From NCBI GenBank assembly GCA_963840035.1, contig CAWIXE010000001.1:1171065-1235064 (forward strand): a stretch of 64,000 nucleotides of DNA, written 5' to 3'. Positions 28,423-41,381 of this stretch are shown here, piece by piece (the stretch's first letter is position 1; each line of letters starts with the position of its first letter). This DNA is from a candidate division FCPU426 bacterium. GTDB taxonomy: Bacteria > Oederibacteriota > PGYV01 > Palsa-1178. The notes below the pieces were generated by a model, which was given only the letters and a program-made list of their open reading frames with translations, was not told the origin of the DNA and did no database searches. The position numbers and the translations under genes were made by a program.

Positions 28423-28565
28423 AAGGCCTCCTTATATAATAGCGACCAAACATCAAATATATTGACTAAAAACATGTAATAAGGTGCGGCTTTTAAAAGA
28501 CTACAACCGTAATTATATATTAAAAACATGCATAAAACAAGTTTTTTTTATGTAAAGAATTAAGT

Positions 28566-28648
28566 TTGACAAAAATACCTCTTTGAAGTATAATTATAAA
28601 TGGAAAAGTCATGTGTAATAGAATAGAACATATCATAAGGGACAGTAA
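28566..28648 (+). promoter_or_regulatory. Consensus sigma70 promoter plus downstream boxes for the A-B-C operon
   Basis: TTGACA (28566)-17 bp-TATAAT (28589). The boxes are shared with 44937-44976. Confidence 0.75.
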
Positions 28649-28713
28649 GGTAAAATAATAAGGTAAGAAAAAGTATAGAGATATTTTTTCAGAGCATTGA
28701 TTGAGGTGGTATT

Positions 28714-31700
28714 GTGTTTTTGTATATTGAACCTTACAAAAAACCTGCTATCTCAAAAAGGAGTTTCGTACCCTTGGCAAGAATTTCAATTTTAAAAGGC
28801 CAAAGAGAGGGTAACTTAAAAAAACTCATAGGGATATTTCTGTCCCTGTTGATTCCTTTCTGCCTATACGCTTTTACTGATGACGGAAGCGCAACAGTAT
28901 CACCGTCTGTAATCGCAACTGATTCAACGGGTAATGTTGTAACCATAGAATACACCGCGGCCACTACTGTATGGGCAAGCGGCGGTCAGTTGAAGGTCAC
29001 GGTGCCAGCCGGTTGGCCAACGCCCACAAACAGCACAACAAATTCCCAGGGATACTACACGGTAGCGGTTTCAGGAGGCACTAAACTTGTTGATTATGTT
29101 TCTGCAAGTGATATTGTTGTGGTCATGTCATCGCTTAATTCCGCAGGCAAGATTACAATTACTTATGGAAGCAAATCAGGAGGAGGACCGGGCATAACTG
29201 CTCCGTCCGTTGCAGAGACCGCGGGTTTCGCTGTTTCAAGCCAGCCAAATCCGGCAACAGACCTTTTACAGCCGCTGACAGGGGGAAGCCCGTTCCAGAT
29301 AGATGTTAAGGCTCCGACTCCCACGGCCACGCCGACTATCACCGCAACGTTCTCATTTTCTCCAACGGAAACCCCTTCATATACAATAACTGAGACCCAG
29401 ACGATATCGCCGACATTTACAGTAACATTGACCCACTCGCAGACTTATACAGTGACGCCGACCAATACGCCTGTACGCGGCGAGGGAAGCGCGGTTGTAT
29501 CACCGGCAAATGTCATAACCGGCGCAACCGGAAACACCATGATTATTACTTATACCGCGGGGGCGTCCTCATGGGCGGCTGATCCCGGTTACGGCACAAT
29601 AAAAATAACAATACCATCAGGATGGTCCGCGCCCAGCAATACACCTAACGCGCCGGGATACTATACTGTTGATGTAAAAGGCGGGACGGAAAACAGCAGG
29701 TCGGTATCAGGCCAGATTATTACTTTGAAAGTATACGGGCTGCCTGCGGATTCCGGGGAAATAATCGTAACATACGGGGATAAAACATTCGGAAGCCCGG
29801 GCGCGACTGCGCAGGGCGCGGCGGGAACTGCCGCGTTTAATATCAGCACTACGACGAGCGGCGATACAGTGTTTCCCATTAACGAGCAGCCTTCTGTAAA
29901 CGTAAACGCGCCGACGCCGACTTACACTCCGTCATATACCGTGACTGTTACGGATACAATGACGGTAACCGGCACCCCGACCATTACCCCTACAGACACT
30001 GCCACCCAAACCATAACCGAGACCTATACGTATACAGAAACACTGACTTCAACTTTTACCATGACATATACGCCTACGTCCACTGTCACGCCGTCATTTA
30101 CTCCAACATTAACCGCCACTGCCACAAATACGCCGGTACGCGGCGAGGGAAGCGCCGTAATTTCTCCGCTTTCGGCGGCGGCTGGAGTCCCGGGAAATAC
30201 CATGGTAATTACTTTTACCAACGGCGCTGTACCATGGGCAAGCGGCGCCAATAACGGCATCATAAGATTTGTCATACCCGCAGGATGGTCAGCCCCGAGT
30301 TATTCCGCGGCAAACCCCGGATATTTTACTGTCGACATTACGGGAGGGACGGAAGTCGGCAGGGCGTTAAGCGGACAGACCATAAAAATATCCATAGACG
30401 GTTTAGCCGCCGGCGGCCAGGTTGTACTGACATATGGCGCGAGTGCCGGCGCGGTTTCACAGGGTACCACGGGTACCGCTTTATTTGGAGTTGAAACGAG
30501 TTCTGATAATTCCATAAATGAACTGACGTACCCGATAAACGCAAGCCCGCTCAGCGTCGGCGTGCTGGACGCGACGGCCACGGCAACTGTTACACCTACG
30601 GATACGCCTACTTTTACCTCAACTATAACCAGGACTGTTACGCAGACTTACACCGCAACCGAAACATTTACCCCGACACACACGCAGACAAATACCCCTA
30701 CATTTACGGTTACACAGACGGCAACTCAGTCTGTCACGCCGACAAATACCCCGACATTTACCGTGACACAGACAGACACCCCGACATTTACTGTGACGCA
30801 GACTGTAACGCAGACTGCAACACAAACTGTCACACCGACTTATACGGTCACGGGAACATTCACGGCCACGCCTACAGTTACTTGCACGTCCACATTCACG
30901 GTAACCCAGACCATAACGCCGACAAATACCCCGATAATAGGTGAAGGTTCGGCAACAATAAACCCGGTTACGGCAGTTGCAGGTTCGCCGGGAAATACTT
31001 TGGATATAAATTATCTGCCGGGCGCCACAGCGTGGAGCAATGGACAGCTGGAAGTAACAATACCTTCGGGATGGAGCGTCCCAAATAAAACAATAACCAC
31101 CGCCGACGGGTATTATACGGTTAACATAACTAACGGAACGCTGATTACAGACTATGTTATAGGCAACAGGATAGTTATTATTTTAAGCACCCTGCAGACA
31201 AACGGCAGTGTGCAAATAGTATACGGCAGCAAAACCGGCGGCGGGAACGGGGCCACGGCCCAGGGCGCGGCAGGAACGGCCGTGTTCGTGATAAAAACTG
31301 ACCCGCTTGGTTCAAGCGTGCATGAGATTATGGGAAGCCCTTCGGTTGACGTAATAGAGCCGACGCCTACAAGCACAATAACTCAGACAGGGACACCTAC
31401 AATTACACAGACGGCAACCGAGACTGTTACGGAAACAGTTACACAGACAATGACGGAGACGGCAACAGAGACTGCGACACAGACAGCTACGCAGACCGGG
31501 ACACAGACGGTGACGCAGACAGTTACTCAAACAGCAACTGAAACGGCAACTGAAACAGCCACGCAGACAGTTACACAGACAGCGACAGAGACTGTCACAA
31601 CGACTGTGACAGAGACAGCGACTCAGACAGCCACTGAAACTCAGACAGAGACAGTGACTGAAACGGCCACGGAAACCTGCACGCAGACAAATACACAAAC

Positions 31701-34700
31701 TGTTACCACGACATATACCGCTACGCAGACAATAACTGAAACCGTGACTCAAACAGCCACGGAGACTATTACGCAGACAGCCACGGAGACTGTTACACAG
31801 ACAGTGACGGAGACTGTAACGCAGACAGCCACGGAGACTGTAACGCAGACAGCCACGGAGACTGTAACGCAGACAGCCACGGAGACTGTAACGCAGACAG
31901 CCACGGAGACTGTAACGCAGACAGCCACGGAGACTGTGACGCAGACAGCCACAGAGACTGTAACGCAGACAGCCACGGAGACTGTAACGCAGACAGCCAC
32001 AGAGACTGTAACGCAGACAGCCACGGAGACTGTAACGCAGACAGCCACGGAGACTGTGACGCAGACAGCCACGGAGACTGTAACGCAGACAGTGACTGAG
32101 ACCGCCACACAGACAGTTACGGAAACTGAAACACAGACGGTGACACAGACATCGAGCCAGACTGCGACTGAAACCGCGACCCAGACTGCGACTGAAACTG
32201 TGACCCGGACAATAACACAGACCGGAACGCAAACGATTACGGAAACCGGAACCCAGACAGCGACCGAAACCATGACACAAACAGCCACTGAAACCGCAAC
32301 GCAGACAATCACTAAAACTTCTACGGAAACGGCAACAGAGACTGCCACGCAGACTAACACGGAATTTGCATCACCGACATATACTCAGACCGCGACTGAA
32401 ACAGTTACACAGACCGCCACGCAGACAGTCACTGAAACCGCAACGCAGACAATAACAGAGACAGCGACACAGACCGTGACTGAAACCGCAACACAGACCG
32501 CGACTGAAACCTCCACGAAAACTCTCACGCAGACACAGACTCAGACAGTAACGCAGACCAGCACTGCAACACAGACAATGACTGAAACGGCGACACAGAC
32601 TGTTACTGAAACCGCAACCCTGACAATAACTGAAACGCATACACAGACCGTTACCGAGACAGAAACCCGGACAATAACGGAAACAGTGACTCAGACAATA
32701 ACGGAAACAGCCACTCAAACTATAACTGAAACACAGACACAGACCATAACTGAAACACAGACACAGACCATAACTGAAACACAGACACAGACCATCACGG
32801 AAACAGCAACTCAGACCATAACTGAAACACAGACACATACCATCACCGAAACGCAGACACAGACCATAACGGAAACAGCGACACGGATCATAACGGAAAC
32901 AGCCACTCAGACAATAACTGAAACAGCAACACAGACCATAACGGAAACAGCCACTCAGACAGCAACTGAAACAGCAACACAGACCATCACGGAAACAGCC
33001 ACTCAGACAGCAACTGAAACAGAAACACAGACCATCACGGAAACAGCCACTCAGACAGCAACTGAAACAGCAACACAGACCATCACGGAAACAGCCACTC
33101 AGACAGCAACTGAAACAGCAACACGGACCATCACGGAAACAGCCACTCAGACAGCAACTGAAACGGCAACACAGACCATCACGGAAACAGCCACTCAGAC
33201 AGCAACTGAAACGGCAACACAGACCATCACGGAAACAGCCACTCAGACAGCAACTGAAACGGCAACACAGACCATCACGGAAACAGCCACTCAGACAGCA
33301 ACTGAAACGGCAACACAGACCATCACGGAAACAGCCACTCAGACAGCAACTGAAACAGCAACCCAGACTGTTACGGAAACAGCAACCCGGACTATAACCG
33401 AAACTGTAACACAGACCATCACGGAAACGGAGACACAGACTATAACTGAAACTGTAACACAGACCATAACTGAAACACAGACCCGGACTGTAACTGAGAC
33501 CCAGACACAGACTGTAACGGAAACTGAGACCCAGACTGTAACACAGACGCATACACAGACTGCAACGGAAACAGTGACGCACACAATAACTGAAACACAG
33601 ACGCAGACAGTGACTGAAACACAGACTCAGACAATAACTGAAACGGTTACGCGGACAATAACTGAAACCGTGACACAGACAGTAACAGAGTCCGAAACAC
33701 AGACAGCCACGGAAACAGCGACACAGACAATTACCGAGACGGCATCCCCTTCACTTACCGCAACTTATACCCCGACAGCCACAATGACTTCCACACCCAT
33801 ATGCGGGGAAGGTTCGGCAAGCATCAGCCCGCTGCAGGCTGTTGAAGGCTCGGCAGGGAATACATTTATCATAACTTATACCAACGGAGCCACTTTATGG
33901 GAAAGCGGCGCGGACCACGGGACACTCAGGATAACAGTGCCTTCAGCATGGTCTACCCCGGATCCTACGGATTCAAACGCACCCGGATATTTTTCAGTAG
34001 CCGTGACAAGCGGAAGCGGTACGGTTTTTGCCGCAAATAAGGGAAGCGGGCAGGTAATTGAAATATGGGTCAAAGGTTTCAGCGCAGGCGCGCAGCTAGA
34101 GATAACCTACGGGGACACAAGTTACACCAGCCCGGGGGTATTAATACCGTCCGGAACGGGATCCAGAACTTTTACCGTCGAATCAGACCCTGATTCTTCA
34201 GACGCCGGAGGGGTGAATCCGTGCCCGATTACAGCAAACCCGGCGGTTGATATTATAGCGCCCACTGAAACTGTCACTCCGACTGATACGCAGACAGCAA
34301 CCAGGACTGTAACGCAAACTTCAACACAAACACAGACACAGACGATAACTGAGACGGAAACTGAGACAATAACGCAAACAATAACAGAGACCGCGACGGA
34401 AACTGCCACGCAGACTGCAACAGAAACGGCTACGCAGACATCAACTCAGACAATAACTGAAACAATGACGCAGACAATAACGGAAACCGTGACGCAGACT
34501 GTGACGCACACCGTTACGGAAACTTTCACACAAACTGCGTCAGAAACAGTAACTCAGACAATAACTGAGACCGCCACTCGGACAATAACCGAGACATCCA
34601 CACAGTCAATAACACAGACAAACACGCAAACAGCGACAGAAACAGCAACACAGACCGTTACGGAAACGGCAACACAGACCATAACTGAAACTGTGACGCA

Positions 34701-37700
34701 GACCATAACGGAAACAATGACGGAAACAATAACACAGACCATTACACATACGTCAACCCAGACCGCGACTGAGACTGCGACACAGACGGTTACCCCGACA
34801 TATACCGCCACAGAGACATCGACAGACACCCCTCAGGACACGGCGACCGCAACGCAGACAATAACTGAAACAGCCACGCAGACCGTAACGCAGACAATAA
34901 CGCAGAGTGTAACTGAAACCGCGACACAGACAATAACTGAAACAGCAACCCAGACGATAACGCAGACCGTGACTGAAACAGCCACGCAGACAATAACTGA
35001 AACAGCCACGCGGACCGTAACGCAGACAATAACGCAGACTGTAACTGAAACCGCGACACAGACAATAACTGAAACAGCAACCCAGACGATAACGCAGACC
35101 GTGACTGAAACAGCCACGCAGACAATAACTGAAACAGCCACGCAGACCGTAACGCAGACAATAACGCAGACTGCAACTGAAACCGCGACACAGACAATAA
35201 CACAGTCTGTAACTGAAACCGCGACACAGACAATAACTGAAACAGCAACCCAGACGATAACGCAGACCGTGACTGAAACAGCCACGCAGACAATAACTGA
35301 AACAGCCACGCAGACCGTAACGCAGACAATAACGCAGACAATTACACTGACTGTCACCCCCACATATACGGTAACTGAGACTTCTACGGACACGCCGGTT
35401 GACACGGCCACAGTTACACAGACCATTACAGAAACAATTACACAGACTGTAACCCGGACAGCAACGGAAACGATTACGGGAACGGTAACGCAGACATCCA
35501 CTCAGACTGTAACAGAAACATATACTGTCACGCAGACAATAACGGAAACTTCCACACAAACGTTTACTGAAACAATAACGCAGACATCAACCCAGACTAT
35601 TACGCAAACCGCCACGCAGACTATAACCGAGACGGCAACTCAGAGCGTGACGCAGACTGTTACCCAGACCGCCACGCAGACTTCAACCCAGACTGTTACA
35701 GAGACCGCAACCCCGACATACACGATAACGGGGACCGTTACGCAGACGGTAACAGGGACATCCACACAGACAATAACTGAAACTATTACAGAAACGGCGA
35801 CTCAAACCGTATCACAGACCATTACGCAGACCGCGACTCAGACAATTACGCAGACCCACACATTTACCCCGACCCCGACGGATACCCCGACCTCAACTGC
35901 TACACCTACATTTACAAATTCGCCTAATGATACTGCGACACATACTCCGACATTTACGATGACACCGACATATACTGTTACCCAGACAAATACACCGACA
36001 TTTACAATAACAAGCACCGGGACACCCACATCAACGGACACTAAAACCATTACGCCGACATTTACTGCAACGGTTTCGTTTACGCCGACATATACGGTGA
36101 CCCCGACATTTACTAAGGCGGTAGGCGAGGGTTTATGTGTGGTCTCGCCGCTTGATTTCATAGCAGGGAATCCGGGATATGTTTTGAAAATCACATATAC
36201 TGCGGGAGTTCATTCATGGGACGGCGCGCCGGGCAACGGCACGCTTAAAGTGACAATACCGTCAGGATGGACCGTACCGGACGCCTTTACACCTGGCGCA
36301 GACGGGTACTTCTCAGTTACAACGACTGGGGGCGCTGAGCTAGTATCAGTGGGAACTGACGGCGGTATGGCAATGATAATAGAAGTAACCGGACTTACTG
36401 CAAATACAGGCGAAATAATAATTACTTATGGCGCGGGTTCAGGCGTAGTACCGGCGGGCCCTGCGGGCAGCCAGGAATTTAAGACGGAGATGGCCTTCAG
36501 CGGCGGGGTTGTTGAAGGGATACAGGTACAGCCTGCCGTTAATGTAGTCGCGCCGACACCTACGATTACGCCGACTAACACCCCTGTAATCGCAGAAGGC
36601 AGCATAACAATAGCGCCGGGAACAGTGGCGGCGGGAATAAACGGATATGAAATGACATTTGCCTATACTGCAGGGGCAACACCCTGGGGATCAGGGGCGT
36701 ATTATGGAACGCTTGACATAACAATACCCGCGGGATGGACGGTACCAAGCACTAACGGAGCGGATCCCGGATATTACTCGGTCACTTATACTTCAGGAAC
36801 GCTCTTTACAAAAGGGTTTGTCGCGGGCGACCCGATGACCTTAAGAATCAGGCTTCGCGGACTGCTGCCGGGAGGGACCATTACGGTCAAATATGGCCTT
36901 GCCATAAATGGAGGAACAACACCGCAGTCTTCAGCGGGGAATGTAACATTCATTACAAAATGCGACGTGACAAGCCAGGATGGCAACACGACATATCCGC
37001 TTATGGTTCAGCCAACAGTGCTTGTTGTAATACCCACAGCTACTGTTACTCCGACCATAACGGAAACATCTACGTCAACGCCGACCTTCACAGTTACTGT
37101 TACGTTTACTCAGACACAGACAGTCACACAGACAGTGACGGAAACTATTACCGAGACATATACTATCTCTGAAACCCCGACAATATCGCCCACAGGGACC
37201 ATAACTGAAACTCCGTCAGGAACGCCGACAATAACGGAAACTGAAACTTCCACCGACACACCTACGGATACAGCCACTCAGACCATAACTGAAACAGCCA
37301 CACAGACGGTTACGCAGACAATGACCCAAACAGCCACGGAAACCGCGACGGAGTCCGTGACAGAAACAGTTACGCAGACTGTAACGGAAACTGACACACA
37401 GACTGTGACACAGACAGCGACACAGACAGCGACAGAAACCGTAACGCAGACAATAACGCAGACCGGTACGCAGACAATAACACAAACTGTGACACAAACG
37501 GACACGCAGACTGTGACAGAAACAGCGACGGAAACAATGACACAGACAATTACTCAGACAGACACGGAGACAATAACACAGACAATCACACAGACTGACA
37601 CTCAGACAGTAACCCAGACAGTGACGCAGACGGCCACGCAGACAGCGACGGAAACAGTCACGGAAACGATAACCCAAACAATAACGCAGACAGTTACTGA

Positions 37701-40077
37701 GACAGTAACGCAGACTGTTACTCAGACAGACACGCAGACAGTAACCGAAACCATAACCCAAACAGTAACGCAGACTGTTACGGAGACTGTAACGCAGACA
37801 GTAACACAGACAGACACACAGACCACGACTGAGACTATCACGCAGACTATTACGCAGACGGATACACAAACTGTTACACAGACTATTACAAAGACAGCCA
37901 CACAGACCATAACTGAAACTGCTACAGAAACAATAACTCAGACCGTAACACAGACAGCTACTGAAACCATTACTCAGACGGCAACGCAGACTATAACCCA
38001 AACAGTGACGCAGACCATAACGCAGACAGATACTCCGACGTCCACGGCTACTCCTACGGACACCCCGATAATAGGAGAAGGAACCGCGATTATTATACCT
38101 GTGCAGGCATCTTCAGGCACTTCAGGAAATACCCTGCAGATAATATATACTTCCGGGCTGACAACCTGGTCTGCCGGCGGAGGGACATTACGGATTACTG
38201 TCCCGGCCGGATGGACAGCGCCGAGCACGGATTCCGCTAATGACGGATTCTTCTCCGCCACTTGTTCAGGCGGATCCATAGACGGGACAAGCGCAGCAGG
38301 TATGAATATGTTTATAACAGTCTCAAGCCTGCCGGGCAGCTATATCGGAACTATAACGGTAACATACGGGGATAAGTCAGGCGGCGGAAATGGAGCTGTT
38401 TCCCAGATGGGAACAGGTACGGCAGTATTTGAAGTTTGGATGGCCACAAGCGGGACAGATGTACATGCAATCCTTTCGCATCCGACAATCAACATGGTAA
38501 CGCCGACCTCCACGTCCACATCAACGCCGACATCCACTCCTACATTTACTGTAACGCTTACGTCAACTCCTATTATAGGCCAGGGTACTGCCATGGTGAG
38601 CCCGGGAACTGTTACAGCGGCAAGCGTTGGAAATAAAATGGCCATAGAATTTACCAACGGCCCAAATCCGTGGGCTTCATTCCCGGACTATGGCGCGCTT
38701 AAAATACACATCCCGGCCGGGTGGTCAGCGCCGAATGCCGTGGACAGCAACGCAGACGGATACTTTACAGTATCAGCTGACAGCGGTTCTAATATGATGG
38801 CAATAGCGGCAGGACAGGTAATAATAATTACATCAGAAGGACTTGCCGCGGGCGGAAAGATTACAATAACCTATGGAGACTCGGTACAGGGCGCAGTGGC
38901 GCAGGGGTCGCCAGCCACTGTAGATTTCATAGTTGAATCTTCGCTTAATGGGGACACCACTTATCCTATCATGTTGATGCCGCAGGTTGTAGTGCTTGCC
39001 CCGACGGAAACAGTAACATCAACAAACACACCTACAGCTACAGAGACATTTACAATAACGCCGACGGACACGATAACCGAGACTGTAACGGAAACATCGA
39101 CGCAGACCATTACTATGACGGTTACACCTACGATTACGATGACATTTACTCCTGCTGCTTCTCCTGTAAAGCCGGCGGGTTTATCAGTCGCTCAAAACGG
39201 CCTGAACACTACCCTGCAGTGGGGCACTGACCCGAATGTGAATTCATATAATATTTATGCAGCGACCGGGGCGCTTGGCAAATTTAACACCTTCCCCGGA
39301 GGATGGTCCATTATCGCAACTGTGCTGCCTACACCGGTCACTTCAAGCTATACATACGCTGACGCGGTTACGAATACATTCTGCTTCTATTACGTGACAG
39401 GAACGAACGCGGCCGGCGAAGGCGCGGCTTCGGTAATGGGGGCAAAGACCACCTTCAGATTCAAGTATAACGCCGGTGGCAAAAACGCGTATATTATTTC
39501 CCTGCCATACAGCTCGAAATTCGCGAAAGCAAGCAACATAATAACGGATATAGAAGGAAGCCTGCTGACAGCGCCGGTGAAAGTGGACCTCATATCAGTT
39601 TGGTATCCGGGCATGCAGTCCTTTATAGCGTACAGGTACATAGCCCCTTCATGGAGGGTGCCAAACTGGAACGTGGACGCAGGCACGCTTTCATCAAATG
39701 CCATTTACTTAAATGTAATCTCTGATTTTGACTGGACAGTCGCTGGTGTTGATACCGAAACGCAATTATTCTTTAAATACAACTCGGCAGGCCAGAGCGT
39801 GAACCAGAGGATGCTGCCGTATACTTCAAAATATAAGAAAGCTTCGGATATTGTAAAGGAAATTGAAGGCGGGACAGGGATAGGGACAAATACAAAAATA
39901 AGCGTTGTCGCAAAGTGGTATCCTGAGTACCAGTACTTCGTAGGGTACCTGTATAATGGAAACAGGTGGGTGACGGATTTTGACATAAAACCGGGTGACG
40001 CGGTAAGCCTGTACATGAGCGGCAATACAGCCGAGTTTAACTGGCTGCCCGGGCTTGTTCCTACGCCTGTACCATAA
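28714..40077 (+). CDS. Protein A: giant secreted Thr-rich protein with 9 repeated beta-sandwich-like domains and C-terminal module X
   Basis: Signal peptide [18 protein letters not shown]; nine ~140-aa GEGSA..SP...GNT..I.YT...IPxGWSxP...GY[YF]TV domains separated by TxTx tracts. Start uncertain (GTG 28714, or TTG 28774 after AGGAG). Confidence 0.9.
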   Translation: MFLYIEPYKKPAISKRSFVPLARISILKGQREGNLKKLIGIFLSLLIPFCLYAFTDDGSATVSPSVIATDSTGNVVTIEYTAATTVWASGGQLKVTVPAGWPTPTNSTTNSQGYYTVAVSGGTKLVDYVSASDIVVVMSSLNSAGKITITYGSKSGGGPGITAPSVAETAGFAVSSQPNPATDLLQPLTGGSPFQIDVKAPTPTATPTITATFSFSPTETPSYTITETQTISPTFTVTLTHSQTYTVTPTNTPVRGEGSAVVSPANVITGATGNTMIITYTAGASSWAADPGYGTIKITIPSGWSAPSNTPNAPGYYTVDVKGGTENSRSVSGQIITLKVYGLPADSGEIIVTYGDKTFGSPGATAQGAAGTAAFNISTTTSGDTVFPINEQPSVNVNAPTPTYTPSYTVTVTDTMTVTGTPTITPTDTATQTITETYTYTETLTSTFTMTYTPTSTVTPSFTPTLTATATNTPVRGEGSAVISPLSAAAGVPGNTMVITFTNGAVPWASGANNGIIRFVIPAGWSAPSYSAANPGYFTVDITGGTEVGRALSGQTIKISIDGLAAGGQVVLTYGASAGAVSQGTTGTALFGVETSSDNSINELTYPINASPLSVGVLDATATATVTPTDTPTFTSTITRTVTQTYTATETFTPTHTQTNTPTFTVTQTATQSVTPTNTPTFTVTQTDTPTFTVTQTVTQTATQTVTPTYTVTGTFTATPTVTCTSTFTVTQTITPTNTPIIGEGSATINPVTAVAGSPGNTLDINYLPGATAWSNGQLEVTIPSGWSVPNKTITTADGYYTVNITNGTLITDYVIGNRIVIILSTLQTNGSVQIVYGSKTGGGNGATAQGAAGTAVFVIKTDPLGSSVHEIMGSPSVDVIEPTPTSTITQTGTPTITQTATETVTETVTQTMTETATETATQTATQTGTQTVTQTVTQTATETATETATQTVTQTATETVTTTVTETATQTATETQTETVTETATETCTQTNTQTVTTTYTATQTITETVTQTATETITQTATETVTQTVTETVTQTATETVTQTATETVTQTATETVTQTATETVTQTATETVTQTATETVTQTATETVTQTATETVTQTATETVTQTATETVTQTATETVTQTVTETATQTVTETETQTVTQTSSQTATETATQTATETVTRTITQTGTQTITETGTQTATETMTQTATETATQTITKTSTETATETATQTNTEFASPTYTQTATETVTQTATQTVTETATQTITETATQTVTETATQTATETSTKTLTQTQTQTVTQTSTATQTMTETATQTVTETATLTITETHTQTVTETETRTITETVTQTITETATQTITETQTQTITETQTQTITETQTQTITETATQTITETQTHTITETQTQTITETATRIITETATQTITETATQTITETATQTATETATQTITETATQTATETETQTITETATQTATETATQTITETATQTATETATRTITETATQTATETATQTITETATQTATETATQTITETATQTATETATQTITETATQTATETATQTITETATQTATETATQTVTETATRTITETVTQTITETETQTITETVTQTITETQTRTVTETQTQTVTETETQTVTQTHTQTATETVTHTITETQTQTVTETQTQTITETVTRTITETVTQTVTESETQTATETATQTITETASPSLTATYTPTATMTSTPICGEGSASISPLQAVEGSAGNTFIITYTNGATLWESGADHGTLRITVPSAWSTPDPTDSNAPGYFSVAVTSGSGTVFAANKGSGQVIEIWVKGFSAGAQLEITYGDTSYTSPGVLIPSGTGSRTFTVESDPDSSDAGGVNPCPITANPAVDIIAPTETVTPTDTQTATRTVTQTSTQTQTQTITETETETITQTITETATETATQTATETATQTSTQTITETMTQTITETVTQTVTHTVTETFTQTASETVTQTITETATRTITETSTQSITQTNTQTATETATQTVTETATQTITETVTQTITETMTETITQTITHTSTQTATETATQTVTPTYTATETSTDTPQDTATATQTITETATQTVTQTITQSVTETATQTITETATQTITQTVTETATQTITETATRTVTQTITQTVTETATQTITETATQTITQTVTETATQTITETATQTVTQTITQTATETATQTITQSVTETATQTITETATQTITQTVTETATQTITETATQTVTQTITQTITLTVTPTYTVTETSTDTPVDTATVTQTITETITQTVTRTATETITGTVTQTSTQTVTETYTVTQTITETSTQTFTETITQTSTQTITQTATQTITETATQSVTQTVTQTATQTSTQTVTETATPTYTITGTVTQTVTGTSTQTITETITETATQTVSQTITQTATQTITQTHTFTPTPTDTPTSTATPTFTNSPNDTATHTPTFTMTPTYTVTQTNTPTFTITSTGTPTSTDTKTITPTFTATVSFTPTYTVTPTFTKAVGEGLCVVSPLDFIAGNPGYVLKITYTAGVHSWDGAPGNGTLKVTIPSGWTVPDAFTPGADGYFSVTTTGGAELVSVGTDGGMAMIIEVTGLTANTGEIIITYGAGSGVVPAGPAGSQEFKTEMAFSGGVVEGIQVQPAVNVVAPTPTITPTNTPVIAEGSITIAPGTVAAGINGYEMTFAYTAGATPWGSGAYYGTLDITIPAGWTVPSTNGADPGYYSVTYTSGTLFTKGFVAGDPMTLRIRLRGLLPGGTITVKYGLAINGGTTPQSSAGNVTFITKCDVTSQDGNTTYPLMVQPTVLVVIPTATVTPTITETSTSTPTFTVTVTFTQTQTVTQTVTETITETYTISETPTISPTGTITETPSGTPTITETETSTDTPTDTATQTITETATQTVTQTMTQTATETATESVTETVTQTVTETDTQTVTQTATQTATETVTQTITQTGTQTITQTVTQTDTQTVTETATETMTQTITQTDTETITQTITQTDTQTVTQTVTQTATQTATETVTETITQTITQTVTETVTQTVTQTDTQTVTETITQTVTQTVTETVTQTVTQTDTQTTTETITQTITQTDTQTVTQTITKTATQTITETATETITQTVTQTATETITQTATQTITQTVTQTITQTDTPTSTATPTDTPIIGEGTAIIIPVQASSGTSGNTLQIIYTSGLTTWSAGGGTLRITVPAGWTAPSTDSANDGFFSATCSGGSIDGTSAAGMNMFITVSSLPGSYIGTITVTYGDKSGGGNGAVSQMGTGTAVFEVWMATSGTDVHAILSHPTINMVTPTSTSTSTPTSTPTFTVTLTSTPIIGQGTAMVSPGTVTAASVGNKMAIEFTNGPNPWASFPDYGALKIHIPAGWSAPNAVDSNADGYFTVSADSGSNMMAIAAGQVIIITSEGLAAGGKITITYGDSVQGAVAQGSPATVDFIVESSLNGDTTYPIMLMPQVVVLAPTETVTSTNTPTATETFTITPTDTITETVTETSTQTITMTVTPTITMTFTPAASPVKPAGLSVAQNGLNTTLQWGTDPNVNSYNIYAATGALGKFNTFPGGWSIIATVLPTPVTSSYTYADAVTNTFCFYYVTGTNAAGEGAASVMGAKTTFRFKYNAGGKNAYIISLPYSSKFAKASNIITDIEGSLLTAPVKVDLISVWYPGMQSFIAYRYIAPSWRVPNWNVDAGTLSSNAIYLNVISDFDWTVAGVDTETQLFFKYNSAGQSVNQRMLPYTSKYKKASDIVKEIEGGTGIGTNTKISVVAKWYPEYQYFVGYLYNGNRWVTDFDIKPGDAVSLYMSGNTAEFNWLPGLVPTPVP
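31807..32094 (+). repeat. Coding tandem repeat, 24-nt unit (TETVTQTA), about 12 copies
   Basis: Near-perfect ACGGAGACTGTAACGCAGACAGCC array. Confidence 0.9.
32941..33360 (+). repeat. Coding tandem repeat, 48-nt unit ([16 protein letters not shown]), about 9 copies
   Basis: Near-perfect ACGGAAACAGCCACTCAGACAGCAACTGAAACRGCAACACAGACCATC array. Confidence 0.9.
34861..35340 (+). repeat. Coding tandem repeat, 132-nt unit
   Basis: Units start at 34861, 34993 and 35125; later copies are rearranged. Confidence 0.75.
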
Positions 40078-40099
40078 AATCTTTAGAGGAGAAATAAAA

Positions 40100-41356
40100 G
40101 TGAAAAAAGCCATCATTCTATTGACTGTGTTGTTTGCCGCTGCCGGACATACTTACGGCAGCGCCGGCGATTTCCTATACGGCGAGGTATACGCGGCTGA
40201 CGGTTCGTCAGGCACGGCATCCACAGAAAACAGCTACGGAGGATTGATAGCATACAGGATAGGCGTATCCGGGGAAATCGCCACTGAGCACGCTGACTGG
40301 GCTTCGCACCCTGAATTAACCCCGGGGCAGATTTACCTGGCAAATTCGGATTCCGGAACTGATTACCCGGCGTCTTTTAACACAAGTGTGAACGCGGACT
40401 GGACCGTTCCGGTATCGGCAGGGCAGGAAGTTGTCGCAATTATTCAGACATACAGCGGACAGTTCGGCTGGGGCGGGGATTCATATTGCGCGGCGGCAAA
40501 AGGGGTAATTGCGGCAAGCACGCCCATTACCATTTTTCATGATATGCAGCTCGGAAAAATACCGCGGCCCCAGGCGGAAACCATTTCATCCACTTCGGTG
40601 GCGTTGACCTGGACAGGTATGTCAAATGACCCGGATAATCTGATAATGGGCTACACAGTTTACAGATCTTTAAGTCCTGACGGGACATATGAACCCTCAA
40701 CAACAATAGCCCCCCATACAGCGGGAGGAACTGTAACATTTTCTGATAACGCTGTTACAATGGGCGCGAGTTATTATTATAAAATAGCGGTCAATTATGA
40801 ATGGGATGGTGTTGGAAATACAGTGCCGGCTTATGTGACCCTGGCAAAATCAGAGCACAGCGATGAAGTGGCGATACCGGGAGCGACAAAAACTTTCACC
40901 CCGACAAATACTGTCTCACATACTGCTACCGCTACGCAGACAATTACACAGACAGCGACGACAACAGCTTCGCCAACATTTACGGCAACCGTGACAATAA
41001 CTTCCACGGTTACGGTGTCTCCGACAAAAACTGCCACTTTGCAGCCCACGGCCACGGCGACTAAGACGGCGGTTCCTGCGCATTCCGTCATAATAAAGGA
41101 AAAAGTAATTGTGTTCAATAACCCGGTGAAAAACAGCGTTATTAAAGTCGGGTTTATGGCGGAAAATGACGGCGAAGCCATATTTGAATTTTTTGGCATT
41201 AGCGGGGAGCTTATCCGGAAGGAAAGAGTCAACGCTGTAAAAGGCGCGAATATTTTTGAAAGAAAATTCGAAAAAATGGCCCCGGGCGTATATATAGTAA
41301 AGATCCGTGTGGACGGCAGGTTCCTGCCGGACAGAAAAATCGGTTTTATAAAATAA
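40100..41356 (+). CDS. Protein B: secreted protein with N-terminal module Y (including an FN3-like part), Thr linker and T9SS type-A CTD-like tail
   Basis: GAGGAG RBS before GTG 40100; signal peptide; C-terminal VFNNPVK...ISGELIR...MAPGVYIVKI...KIGFIK. Confidence 0.85.
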   Translation: MKKAIILLTVLFAAAGHTYGSAGDFLYGEVYAADGSSGTASTENSYGGLIAYRIGVSGEIATEHADWASHPELTPGQIYLANSDSGTDYPASFNTSVNADWTVPVSAGQEVVAIIQTYSGQFGWGGDSYCAAAKGVIAASTPITIFHDMQLGKIPRPQAETISSTSVALTWTGMSNDPDNLIMGYTVYRSLSPDGTYEPSTTIAPHTAGGTVTFSDNAVTMGASYYYKIAVNYEWDGVGNTVPAYVTLAKSEHSDEVAIPGATKTFTPTNTVSHTATATQTITQTATTTASPTFTATVTITSTVTVSPTKTATLQPTATATKTAVPAHSVIIKEKVIVFNNPVKNSVIKVGFMAENDGEAIFEFFGISGELIRKERVNAVKGANIFERKFEKMAPGVYIVKIRVDGRFLPDRKIGFIK

Positions 41357-41381
41357 TTAATACATCAAAAGGAGAAAAGAA

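Noticed and set aside
28801..28830. Non-canonical TTA start before KKLIG in protein A
   Set aside because: In-frame TTG 28774 (after AGGAG) and GTG 28714 are ordinary alternatives.
31807..33360. Possible CRISPR array
   Set aside because: The repeats are contiguous in-frame coding units with no unique spacers, and no cas genes are present.
31312..38001. Long Cys/Val/Ser-rich minus-strand ORFs
   Set aside because: They are antisense shadows of the ACN-rich Thr repeats of protein A, with no independent features.
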